Below are positions 1 through 9,438 of a stretch of 64,000 nt of DNA, piece by piece. Location: sequence record LR756504.1; one strand, 5' to 3'. The notes below the pieces were generated by a model. It was not told the DNA's origin, did not search any database, and saw only the letters and a program-made list of their open reading frames with translations. How positions within the stretch are numbered: the first letter of the stretch is position 1; each line of letters begins with the position of its first letter. The translations under genes were made by a program, and so were the position numbers.

Positions 1-332
1 CCATATTTAACCATATCCGATCTTTCAATAGCATTCTCAGTATCAATGTATACTATAACATAATCTTTTTTCTGTGCTTCTCTCGCAACATTAAAGCATA
101 GATATGATTTACCTACACCAGATTCACCCGCAAATACAGTAATTCTATTATTTAAAATACCACCATTTTTAATTGATGCACTTAGAACAGCATCTAGCAT
201 ATAGATACCTGTAGAGATGAATTCTTTTGGTTTATTATGCTTTTCAATTACAACAGATGTAGATTGAACAGATTCATCGAACAATTTTCCAATATCAGTA
301 AATGTAAAGCCAATTTCTTTCTTTTTAGCCAT
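1..332 (-). CDS. uvsX: RecA/UvsX-like recombinase, N-terminal part (runs off window edge; not in ORF track)
   Basis: Manual translation MAKKKEIGFTF...FISTGIYMLDAVLS...RITVFAGESGVGKSYLC...VYIDTENA: Walker A GESGVGKS and YIDTE motif of RecA/UvsX. Confidence 0.88.
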   Translation of the reverse strand, partial: MAKKKEIGFTFTDIGKLFDESVQSTSVVIEKHNKPKEFISTGIYMLDAVLSASIKNGGILNNRITVFAGESGVGKSYLCFNVAREAQKKDYVIVYIDTENAIERSDMVKY

Positions 333-524
333 TTCAAAAATTTATTTATTATTTATATAAATAATTCACTTTTTGTTTTGAAAAAAATATAACTATTTAT
401 AGAATTTAATATATAGATAAAATAGGGTTAATCATTATAAAAAATACTTCAATAAAACAGCAATTTATTATAAAAATGTTGTTTTCTGATGATAAAAGCC
501 AATTAATAATTAATAAATACTAAG

Positions 525-1220
525 ATGAAAAACGTTTTAAATTTTGAGCAATTTGTAAATGAAAATTGGGATTTTCCTGGATATGGTGTTGCTATGAATG
601 GTAATGGTGTGACACCAAATGACCCGACAACGAGCGTAAATGCTTATGATAAATTTAAAGCTGATGCTGAAAATCAAATTGCACGTCTTAGATTTATTTT
701 ACAAAATGCTTTTGCTGATGCATCTACATTGGATAAATCTAAATTTGATTTTGTTATAGAAAACTTAAAGGTATTTAGAATATTACCTAATAATAATGGA
801 TTTTTAGATATTTACATCAAATTTATATTAAATGAAACTAATTACATGGGATGTTTTAAAGATTGGGGAAGTAAAAATTGTAAATTTGAAAGTGCTGTAC
901 TCGCAGTTCCACAAATAAGAATACATTTAGAAAATAAAATAAAACTTGAAGGAATATTCAAAAAATGTTTAACTGAATGGTTTATTCCTAATAATGGTGA
1001 ATATAAAGCATTAACTAAAATAAAAGTATATGATTTTATGGGTGACATTTTTTATATCCCACAAGATGCAAACATAGTAGTTGATGAAGTTGTAACAGAA
1101 GATGATAAACCAACAATTAATATTTTATACAAAGAAAAAATGTATTATTTGACTAATCTTGACTATTACTTCTTTAATTGGTGGTTTGATACTAAAGAAA
1201 AACCTAAATTTTATATCTAA
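525..1220 (+). CDS. Hypothetical protein with CTS-like N-terminus (MKNVLNFEQFVNE)
   Basis: 231-aa ORF; no catalytic motif recognised. Confidence 0.6.
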   Translation: MKNVLNFEQFVNENWDFPGYGVAMNGNGVTPNDPTTSVNAYDKFKADAENQIARLRFILQNAFADASTLDKSKFDFVIENLKVFRILPNNNGFLDIYIKFILNETNYMGCFKDWGSKNCKFESAVLAVPQIRIHLENKIKLEGIFKKCLTEWFIPNNGEYKALTKIKVYDFMGDIFYIPQDANIVVDEVVTEDDKPTINILYKEKMYYLTNLDYYFFNWWFDTKEKPKFYI

Positions 1221-1459
1221 ATCTTTTTAACTTGTTTTAGATTGGATGGATTAGTTACCCTTGATGGAATAATTTCATTATCATATTCATTTACTGCAAC
1301 TTCTAATTTAGTGATTGCTTCAGAGAAAAACTTATTCGATACATTTATAACATATTTAGATGCTAATATTAATTTGTTAGCTCTATGAATTTTTTCTTTT
1401 AGAGAATCTATTTCTGCTTTTTGTTTTTCGATAAGGTTTATTAAATCTTGCTGATTCAT
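1217..1459 (-). CDS. Hypothetical coiled-coil protein
   Basis: 80-aa ORF downstream of the peptidase, heptad-like N-terminus. Confidence 0.5.
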   Translation of the reverse strand: MNQQDLINLIEKQKAEIDSLKEKIHRANKLILASKYVINVSNKFFSEAITKLEVAVNEYDNEIIPSRVTNPSNLKQVKKI

Positions 1460-1471
1460 ATATTAATGTGT

Positions 1472-2638
1472 TTATATGTCCATATGACCACTACTCCATC
1501 CATTATAAGCATCTTGATCCCATTCCATGTGTGGTGAAGTTGACATTCTCGCTGGGGGTAATAGAAGTGGTGCTTTAGTTATAGTACTAGAAAAAGGGCT
1601 ATTATTTAAATTCCTTTTTTTAGATTGCTTATAATCTTTTTTTTCTTTTCTTGACATTTTATTCCAATTTGGTGGAAAATAAGCAGTTGATATTTTAACA
1701 TTATTATTAAATGTAATAATAGTCTTACTTCCGTCCGCATGGTGAACTATGTCCTCTCTTTTGTCGTTATTTTTCTTTTTAATTTCTACAGGGCGACCTG
1801 CATAAAAATCATCTAAGTCTTTTATTGTATATTTTGAATAACTCGTTGGTTTTTTAGCAAATTCGTGTTTATAAATCTTTGTAGATAAATCATTGATTAT
1901 ATCATATACAAGTCCTACACAACGTTCAACATCATCTAGTCTAATAAATTCTGTTGCAGTATGTGGCATATAATAACCACAAGACATATTGAAACAAGCG
2001 ACATTTAAACCCATTTCTTTTAATTCAACAATATCGGTTTGTCCACCCATTTCAATTTTATAACCCCATTTTTCCAATAAAGGTTTTAAATCATCTTCAA
2101 AATCTTCATTAAATAGCTGAATTCCATGTCCATATTTAATGAAATCATCAGCACCTCTTCTATCACACTGAATTAAGAAAGCAGAATCGTTAAAAAATTC
2201 CATTCTACATGCACTAGAGCCCACACAACCAATTTCTTCTCTAGAAAAGAAAGCCACTTTAATGTTATCTAATTTAGATAACATATCTAAGCAGACATAT
2301 ACACCTACTTTATCATCACCACCAATACCATATTGTTCATTTTTAACAGTATCAAATGCAATTAAATCACCATTTTCGTTAAATCTAACTTCTACATTCA
2401 TATTAACATCATGTACAGTATCAATATGAGATACAACAGTCGGGTAAAAATCGGCTAATCCCTTAGTGACATAAATATTGCCTTCTTCATCATATTCAAT
2501 GAAAATATCAGCCCCCATTTCAATCATTTTAAGTATTTTATCAACGAGGTATTGAACCATCCTTGATTCATCTTTGGAATGTGATTGAATTTTTAAGACT
2601 TCAACTAACTTTTCAACATTTATGTTTTGATATGGCAT
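1472..2638 (-). CDS. M20/M28-like zinc peptidase (copy 1)
   Basis: SHIDTVH, GGDDKVG, REEIGCVGS, DRRG and YYMPHT metal-binding motifs. Confidence 0.8.
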   Translation of the reverse strand: MPYQNINVEKLVEVLKIQSHSKDESRMVQYLVDKILKMIEMGADIFIEYDEEGNIYVTKGLADFYPTVVSHIDTVHDVNMNVEVRFNENGDLIAFDTVKNEQYGIGGDDKVGVYVCLDMLSKLDNIKVAFFSREEIGCVGSSACRMEFFNDSAFLIQCDRRGADDFIKYGHGIQLFNEDFEDDLKPLLEKWGYKIEMGGQTDIVELKEMGLNVACFNMSCGYYMPHTATEFIRLDDVERCVGLVYDIINDLSTKIYKHEFAKKPTSYSKYTIKDLDDFYAGRPVEIKKKNNDKREDIVHHADGSKTIITFNNNVKISTAYFPPNWNKMSRKEKKDYKQSKKRNLNNSPFSSTITKAPLLLPPARMSTSPHMEWDQDAYNGWSSGHMDI

Positions 2639-2654
2639 TTTGAATATTTTAATA

Positions 2655-2685
2655 CAAATATAGTGATTTTTTTTATATTGTCAAA
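2655..2685 (-). promoter_or_regulatory. Bacteroidota-type sigma70 promoter
   Basis: Minus strand TTTG (2685-2682), 19-nt spacer, TATATTTG (2662-2655), just upstream of the peptidase start. Confidence 0.7.
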
Positions 2686-2823
2686 CAAATATTGTTTTAA
2701 AAATGAAAAATTTGAATAAATAGGATTTTATAAAGCATTTCTTCTTTTTTGAATGAATTTTACGGTAAAATTATATAATATAGAGTTATTCTAATTGATG
2801 TAGTTGAATTTATGATATAGTAA

Positions 2824-4377
2824 TCATGTTTTATATATGAAATTTATATTTCCAGAATCATAAATCCTAAATATCTTTCTTTCTAACATTATCTCTTTTT
2901 CTGTTTTATTTGTATCGTACCCACTTTTAATTAGAATGCTTTTTCTATATTTAGATTTATTTTCTTTTTTATGATTAAGTACATAGTAATAATCAGGTTT
3001 TGTATTTGATATAAATTTAAAATTTAACTTTTCGTATAGTTTACCTATACTCCAATTTCTATCTACGCTTGTTATTATTTTTGATGGGTTATATCTTTTC
3101 AAAAAATAGTTAAATAATTTTGACGCACCACCAATTACAGTATAGTTTAATTTACTACAAAAATAAATCATTTTATACATATTAGCATCATTTTTTATAT
3201 TTTTAAATGTCATTACTGTTGTTAACTCATCATTATAATATAAAGCAATATTTATTTTAGAACATGTATATCCTTGTAAATTATTATTTTCTAAAAACAA
3301 TTTACTTTCTTTATTATTAATTTCTTTTATTTCACATTTTCTAGCATAAATTTTATTTGGTGTTTTCCCTAATAAATTTAATATCATAGATTTTACTATA
3401 TCTTTTTTAAAAAGCCAATCATCTTCGTAAATATGAATTAATTGTATATTATTTCTTAAACAATCCTCTGTTTTATTTAGATGATAGTCATTATTTTTAT
3501 CTAATTCACAATGCCAATATAGTCCATTAATTTCAAATGCAATATTTAAATCAGGTAGATAAATATCCAACTCTTTCCCTTTTAAAATTTTTCTATTAGA
3601 TTTTATAATATTTAAAGTATAATATTTTTTTATAAAAATTATAATTTCGTTTTCAATACCAGATAAATTACTAAATTTTGGATAACAATTTGTACATACC
3701 TCAATGTTACTTTTAATTCTATTATAAAATAGACCCATTGTAATAGTAAAGTCACTATTACAAATTAAATGATGTAATTTAATTTTTTGATAATTTTTAT
3801 ACAGTATCTTGTAATTTATTAAATAATTTTCATTTTTATTTAAAAATACATTCGTACTATTTCTCAATGATGAATGATTTTCAACACCATATTTTTCTAA
3901 ATTAGTGATTTTTATTTTATTTTTTATGTTGTTATCTTGCACACCATATTCAACACCATATTTTTCTAAATTAGTGGTTTTTATTTTATTTTTTATATCA
4001 TTATTACTTAATGGATGTCCACCCCAATTTTTAATGAATGTGTCTTTTCTTTTTTCTTGAAATTTTTTTATATTAGATGGATTTATTTCGCCATATTTAC
4101 TATATAAAGTTTTTTTAGATTTTATAATGTTACATTTTGAACAAACATATGATTTATCACCATTATTTATGCTGTTAAAATATGATGCGTATGAAACATA
4201 TGTTAAATTTTCACAATTAGAACATTTGCAATTTACTTTTATTTTACTATAAGGTTTTAAATGATGTGGTAACACATCTATCATATCGCCAGATTTTTCG
4301 AATACATAATTTAAATTTTTCCAATATTTACATGTTTTATTATGTACAACAACTTTAATAAATTCATCTATAATCAT
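2824..4377 (-). mobile_element. Free-standing putative homing endonuclease (Zn-ribbon, TNLEKYGVE repeats, PD-(D/E)xK/Vsr-like nuclease, C-terminal accessory domain)
   Basis: CxCxxC and CxxC motifs, repeated KTNLEKYGVE, ELDIYLPDLNIAFEINGLYWH core; 17 bp downstream of the helicase gene. Confidence 0.7.
3880..3996. repeat. Imperfect ~48-bp direct repeat with 69-bp period encoding KIKxTNLEKYGVE
   Basis: TTCAACACCATATTTTTCTAAATTAGTGxTTTTTATTTTATTTTTTAT at about 3880-3927 and 3949-3996. Confidence 0.8.
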
Positions 4378-4394
4378 TTAAATATAATATTTTT

Positions 4395-5738
4395 TTAATC
4401 AAATCTCTTATCATTTATTATAGCAAGATATTTAATATCTAATTCAAAATGCGTTCTTTCCCATTTGAATCCACCATCTCGCATTTTTAATAGTTTGAGA
4501 ATGTATTTATTTTCTTTTCTCATAGCATCGGTTCTAATAATTCCAAGTACTAAATCCGAAGTTTCAACTATTGCCTTACTTTCAGAAATATCTTGTAAAG
4601 TTATATCACCTGCACCAAAATTATCCTTACCAACTTGCATTGCAGTTACCATTGCTAAGTCGTATTTTTGTGCAATTGCTCTTAAACCTTCTGATAATTG
4701 TTTACCATTACTGAAAAGATTACCTTGTTTATTATCAGGACACATAATAGTAAGATAATCAACAATTACCATATCAATTTTAATACCCTTTTTATCTTGT
4801 AGCATTTTAATATGATTATCTACATCAGATATAGTAGCAGAACCAGCAGGGAATTCTTTCACGAAGAATTTACCCATTGGATTTTCAAATAAACTAGAAT
4901 CCTTTGTAAATTGAGCATTTCTACTTCTACGCTCTTTTATTTTAGATTCAATATACTTTATATCTTTACTTCTATGATCATATTCTTCTATAGGAATTTT
5001 TAAACTAATTGCACCATATCTCTTCATTACTTTTCTATCAGACATTTCAAGAGATACATAAAGAACGTTCTTACCATAATTAGTAGCATTAACAGCTATA
5101 TTTGATAACCATAATGATTTACCTGAGTTAGATGGACCAATTATGATAGAAAGTGTTTTTAAATCAAATCCACCCGATGTTAATTCATCTAATGTTTTCC
5201 AACCAGTAGGAATTTTATTCTTTAGAGTATCTTGTATGTGTGATTTAGGATCATCAAAATCTAACCCTAAATTTTCATCATCAAAATTTAATAACATTGA
5301 ATTACCAAATAATTCTTTCAACTTTGATGCTGCTAATTCAACGTTATCGTAATCAGCAGGATTTAAATTTCTAACATAGTCAACAGCTTCTTGCATTCTT
5401 GATCGAATGTTAGTTGTAGTAGACCATGATTGAATATTTTTTCTCAACCATTCATCATCTTTCCCTTGTTGATATTGAGATAGATCAACAGCTAGTAATG
5501 TTTGTAAATAATCATCTGAAATTTTTCCATGTGGATCATCAATTCTAACTATTTGTCTAATCATTTGTGGTGTAGGCACAATAGGTTTTTTAGAACCAAT
5601 AAAATGATTTCTTATTCTCTGATAAACGAATTGTATTTGTGCATTCTTAAATGCTATTGGTTCTACTCTATGAAAGTAGGATGGATTATCTAAAATGTAG
5701 TTAAAAAAAATTGGTTCTAATGTCTCTAAGTTTTGCAT
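4395..5738 (-). CDS. dnaB: Replicative DNA helicase, T4 gp41/DnaB family
   Basis: IPTGWKTLD, Walker A GPSNSGKS, YVSLEM, IVDYL, AMQV, KMRDG. Confidence 0.92.
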   Translation of the reverse strand: MQNLETLEPIFFNYILDNPSYFHRVEPIAFKNAQIQFVYQRIRNHFIGSKKPIVPTPQMIRQIVRIDDPHGKISDDYLQTLLAVDLSQYQQGKDDEWLRKNIQSWSTTTNIRSRMQEAVDYVRNLNPADYDNVELAASKLKELFGNSMLLNFDDENLGLDFDDPKSHIQDTLKNKIPTGWKTLDELTSGGFDLKTLSIIIGPSNSGKSLWLSNIAVNATNYGKNVLYVSLEMSDRKVMKRYGAISLKIPIEEYDHRSKDIKYIESKIKERRSRNAQFTKDSSLFENPMGKFFVKEFPAGSATISDVDNHIKMLQDKKGIKIDMVIVDYLTIMCPDNKQGNLFSNGKQLSEGLRAIAQKYDLAMVTAMQVGKDNFGAGDITLQDISESKAIVETSDLVLGIIRTDAMRKENKYILKLLKMRDGGFKWERTHFELDIKYLAIINDKRFD

Positions 5739-5840
5739 CTGTATCTATATTTATTCTTGTGTTAATTATAGATAAATTGTGTGATCGGTTTTAAAACTGG
5801 TTGATATTTTTCTATATAAGTAAAAAGAATAGTTAAAAAT

Positions 5841-6038
5841 ATGGATAATTTATTTCCAATAGCACAAAGAATACAATCAAAAATTATAGGAATTGAATTA
5901 GTATCGGTTCAACCTTTAGCAACACCAAATTATTATCCTTACTGGAGGAATATAGTATACGACAGAAAATCTAAAATAGATAGAATATTTAAAAGTCCTG
6001 AATGGAGACAACATAAAATAGAAGAATTGTTAAAATAA
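5841..6038 (+). CDS. 65-aa protein with a gp23-like N-terminal segment and two R-x-x-K-I motifs
   Basis: LFPIAQRIQSKIIGIELVSVQPLATP resembles the VQPM..P segment of T4-like major capsid proteins. Confidence 0.55.
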   Translation: MDNLFPIAQRIQSKIIGIELVSVQPLATPNYYPYWRNIVYDRKSKIDRIFKSPEWRQHKIEELLK

Positions 6039-6135
6039 TTACAAAAAATGGTAAATTCATCTTTGAAAAATACAACATTTATTATTTTTAGCGTATAATA
6101 GTTACCTAAAATAGGTAAAAAATTAAACTTTAAAC

Positions 6136-6816
6136 ATGTTAGAAAATGAAAAGAATGAACCTACCGATGATTTAGAAAGCGAAGAAAATTTACCAGGTGA
6201 TGAATTAGATTCTGATATTTACACCGAATCAGATGGTACAGAAGAGCAAGATAATGCAGTGCTTGATGAAGAGCTGGCTGAATTATCAGAAAAAACTGAT
6301 GAAACTAAATTAGCTTCCGAAGAAGAGTCCAAACACAAAATAAAAGGAAAACATTCATTAACACACGATTCAATTTTTAAAGGTAAAAAAAAGAAGGATG
6401 AAAACGGTGATGATGATGAATTCTCCGCAGATTTTTTAGTTCCAAAACAAGATAATTTTGATTTCGATGTTTCATCTGGATACCATGAAGAAACAAAAGA
6501 TCCTGAAGAATACGTAAGACTTAAAAAGCTTAAAGAAGAAATTTATATTATTATTATTGAGAAAACTGATATAAATATTAAGAATTCGAGAAGAAAGCCA
6601 GGTAGATTAGATTTTAATAAATATTATGGTGTTATGGTAGAAAACTTAGATACTAAAACATATAGTTATGGTGAAATATTCATAGAATTGTCTTTTTATT
6701 TTAGTGATAATATTTTTAATATGTTCAAACTTTTAGATAAGAAATGGGGAGGAAAGATTATTAAAGAATTAGCAAAGAAAAGAAATATTAGAATAGATCA
6801 AATGGATTTTTTATAG
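6136..6816 (+). CDS. Hypothetical protein, very acidic N-terminal half
   Basis: 226-aa ORF, D/E-rich low-complexity N-terminus. Confidence 0.6.
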   Translation: MLENEKNEPTDDLESEENLPGDELDSDIYTESDGTEEQDNAVLDEELAELSEKTDETKLASEEESKHKIKGKHSLTHDSIFKGKKKKDENGDDDEFSADFLVPKQDNFDFDVSSGYHEETKDPEEYVRLKKLKEEIYIIIIEKTDINIKNSRRKPGRLDFNKYYGVMVENLDTKTYSYGEIFIELSFYFSDNIFNMFKLLDKKWGGKIIKELAKKRNIRIDQMDFL

Positions 6817-6840
6817 AAAAAAGGGCATAAGCCCTTTTTT
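6817..6840. terminator. Bidirectional intrinsic terminator
   Basis: AAAAAAGGGC-ATAA-GCCCTTTTTT between convergent ORFs. Confidence 0.85.
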
Positions 6841-6841
6841 C

Positions 6842-7174
6842 TTATATTAAATTTTTTATCTTTCTTCTCCTTATAAAATTTGTAAGAATACCTAGTTGAT
6901 ATTCAGTAATTAAAGGTTTACCATTACTGAAACACAATACAATTATATCTAATGATTTTTCACTTATATAACATAATACATCGAATGTGTAGAAATCTTT
7001 CCAACCTTTTATTACTACATTTTCATATTTATTGTAATATCCAACTTCCTCTATAGTTATAGTAATATCATCATAGATACCTTCTTTATTCAATTCAGTT
7101 TCCATTTCTAATTTATCTTTACCTTCAAGATAAATTAATTCATCAAATATTCCTCTAACAATTATATTTCTCAT
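6842..7174 (-). CDS. Hypothetical protein ending RRRKIKNLI
   Basis: 110-aa ORF. Confidence 0.55.
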   Translation of the reverse strand: MRNIIVRGIFDELIYLEGKDKLEMETELNKEGIYDDITITIEEVGYYNKYENVVIKGWKDFYTFDVLCYISEKSLDIIVLCFSNGKPLITEYQLGILTNFIRRRKIKNLI

Positions 7175-7244
7175 AATAAAACCCCCTTCAGTTTAATTTT
7201 TAAGTTAAACCAAAGAGGGAAAAAATTAAGTCTAAATTATTTAA

Positions 7245-8228
7245 TTAAAAATCTTCATCAAATTTTATTTGATTATCTTCTACACTTTTACCTGTAGAAG
7301 CTCTCTTATATTCTGAAACTCTTTTTTCAAAGAAATTATTTTTTCCAGATAATGATAACATTTCCATAAAATCAAATGGGTTTGTTACATTATATACTTT
7401 AGAATAACCTAATCTTTGTAACCAAAAATCTGCTATATATTCTATATATTGTGTCATTAAATTTGAATTCATACCTATCAGTGATACTGGTAACGATTCC
7501 GTAATAAATTCCTTTTCTATTTCTACAGCACTTATAATAATCTCTTTAACCTGTTCTTCTGATAGTTTATTTACTATATGATTTTTATACAATAAACATG
7601 CAAAATCACAATGTAATCCTTCATCTCTGGAAATTAAATCATTAGAAAATGATAATCCTGGCATCAATCCTCTTTTCTTTAACCAGAAAATCGAACAAAA
7701 TGCTCCTGAGAAAAATACGCCTTCTATGGCAGCGAATGCAATAAGTCTCTCTACGAAAGAGCCGTTATCAATCCAACGCATAGCCCACTCGGCTTTCTTT
7801 TTAATTGCTGGTATAGTGTCGTGAGCATTAAATAATCTATCTTTTTCAGCAGGATTTTTAATATAAGTATCAATTAAGAGTGAATATGTTTCGGAATGTA
7901 TATTTTCCATCATAATTTGAAAGCCATAATAGAATTTAGCTTCTGCGTATTGTACGGAATTAACCATATTACTACAGAGATTTTCATTTACGATGCCATC
8001 GGATGACGCAAAGAAAGCTAATATCATTGATATGAAATGTCTTTCATTATCAGTAAGACTCTCCCAATGTTTTATATCTTCCGATAAATCAATTTCTTCT
8101 GCCGTCCAAAACATTGATTCAGCAGTTTTATATGCTTGCCAAATATCATCATGTTTTATAGGGAAAATAACAAATCTATTTGGATCTTCAACAAGAATTG
8201 GTTCAATTTTTTCTAAATTTTTATTCAT
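7245..8228 (-). CDS. nrdB: Ribonucleotide reductase class Ia beta (R2) subunit
   Basis: [57 protein letters not shown]. Confidence 0.96.
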   Translation of the reverse strand: MNKNLEKIEPILVEDPNRFVIFPIKHDDIWQAYKTAESMFWTAEEIDLSEDIKHWESLTDNERHFISMILAFFASSDGIVNENLCSNMVNSVQYAEAKFYYGFQIMMENIHSETYSLLIDTYIKNPAEKDRLFNAHDTIPAIKKKAEWAMRWIDNGSFVERLIAFAAIEGVFFSGAFCSIFWLKKRGLMPGLSFSNDLISRDEGLHCDFACLLYKNHIVNKLSEEQVKEIIISAVEIEKEFITESLPVSLIGMNSNLMTQYIEYIADFWLQRLGYSKVYNVTNPFDFMEMLSLSGKNNFFEKRVSEYKRASTGKSVEDNQIKFDEDF

Positions 8229-8362
8229 TCTATAATATACTTATTTTTTTATCTTAATTATTATATTATAAATGATATAATAGTTTAGTTAAATAAGAAT
8301 AAAAAAATCCACAGCTTTAGTAATTCTAAAATTGTGGATTTTTATTTAATTATAAAAATTGT

Positions 8363-9334
8363 TTATAACATAGTTACCTTGAATGATCTAGTTTTAGTAT
8401 AAACTATGTAATTTTTACCAATTACTGCTTTATATTTAAAAAAGTTTAATAGAATACCTTGATATACAAAATTTCCTTGAAAGTCATATATGTTTGCATC
8501 TTCTTGTAGATAATTAGTAGCAACATAAATAATATTAGTATATGTAGTAGCTCCATCATAGTCAACTTGTTTTATTCTATAATAAAGAACTGGTTCAACT
8601 ACATTGTGTTGTGTAAATGTATATTGATTATATTTGATATTTATACCACTAACTTCACCAATATCAGTAAAAACTTTTCCATCAATTGAATTTTCAATTA
8701 CATATTTATCATTATTTACTTCATCCGCAACAGTCCAATTAAGGATAACATCACCATTATTTTCTTTACCTGTAAATGAAATAAATTTAACTGGTAATGA
8801 ACCTACACACGAAACAACACTACCACTTGATGATGTTGGTGCTACTATAATAATGTTATCAATTAAAATATTATAATCTGAATAATTAGTAGCGAATGCA
8901 ATTTTAAATATACCTTGTCCAGTAGAAGTAGGTGTAAATGTAGTTGTGTACAAAGTCCATCCAATATTTGATTTACTTACTGTTGTAGGGTTACTATATG
9001 TACCACTAATATTAGTAGATACTGTTATACTATTGGTGCTTGGTATTGTTTCTATATCATAATAAAATGATATTGTATAGGGTTTACCAATTTCAAAGTA
9101 ATATTTTTGACTAATAATATATTCACCATCTTTAGCCTCAGCGTATTGATATCCTTCTTGTGCTCTCCCATCAGGAGTTTTTCTAACTTGAACATTAGAA
9201 CTACTTGGATCCCAACATGCATCATCTCTTAAATTTCCAGTATATACATTTTCAAAACCATCGACAAATTGTGTTGTTTGACCAATACATAGCGATGTAC
9301 ATAATAATACGAATAGAAATGTTATTTTTTTCAT
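8363..9334 (-). CDS. Secreted protein with CBM-like domain, LPV(K/E)-type Ig-like domain and degenerate T9SS C-terminal domain
   Basis: Signal peptide MKKITFLFVLLCTSLCIG; LPVKFISFTG...VILNWTVADEVNNDKYVIENSIDG...YYRIKQVDYDG; tail ANIYDFQGNFV. Confidence 0.75.
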   Translation of the reverse strand: MKKITFLFVLLCTSLCIGQTTQFVDGFENVYTGNLRDDACWDPSSSNVQVRKTPDGRAQEGYQYAEAKDGEYIISQKYYFEIGKPYTISFYYDIETIPSTNSITVSTNISGTYSNPTTVSKSNIGWTLYTTTFTPTSTGQGIFKIAFATNYSDYNILIDNIIIVAPTSSSGSVVSCVGSLPVKFISFTGKENNGDVILNWTVADEVNNDKYVIENSIDGKVFTDIGEVSGINIKYNQYTFTQHNVVEPVLYYRIKQVDYDGATTYTNIIYVATNYLQEDANIYDFQGNFVYQGILLNFFKYKAVIGKNYIVYTKTRSFKVTML

Positions 9335-9438
9335 TTTAGTGATTTTATTTTAATTCTTTGATTATAGAATAACTAAATAAAAAAGTTTTAAAAATAGAGA
9401 ATTATATTATTAAATAATGTTAAAAGTCTGTTTTTTAG

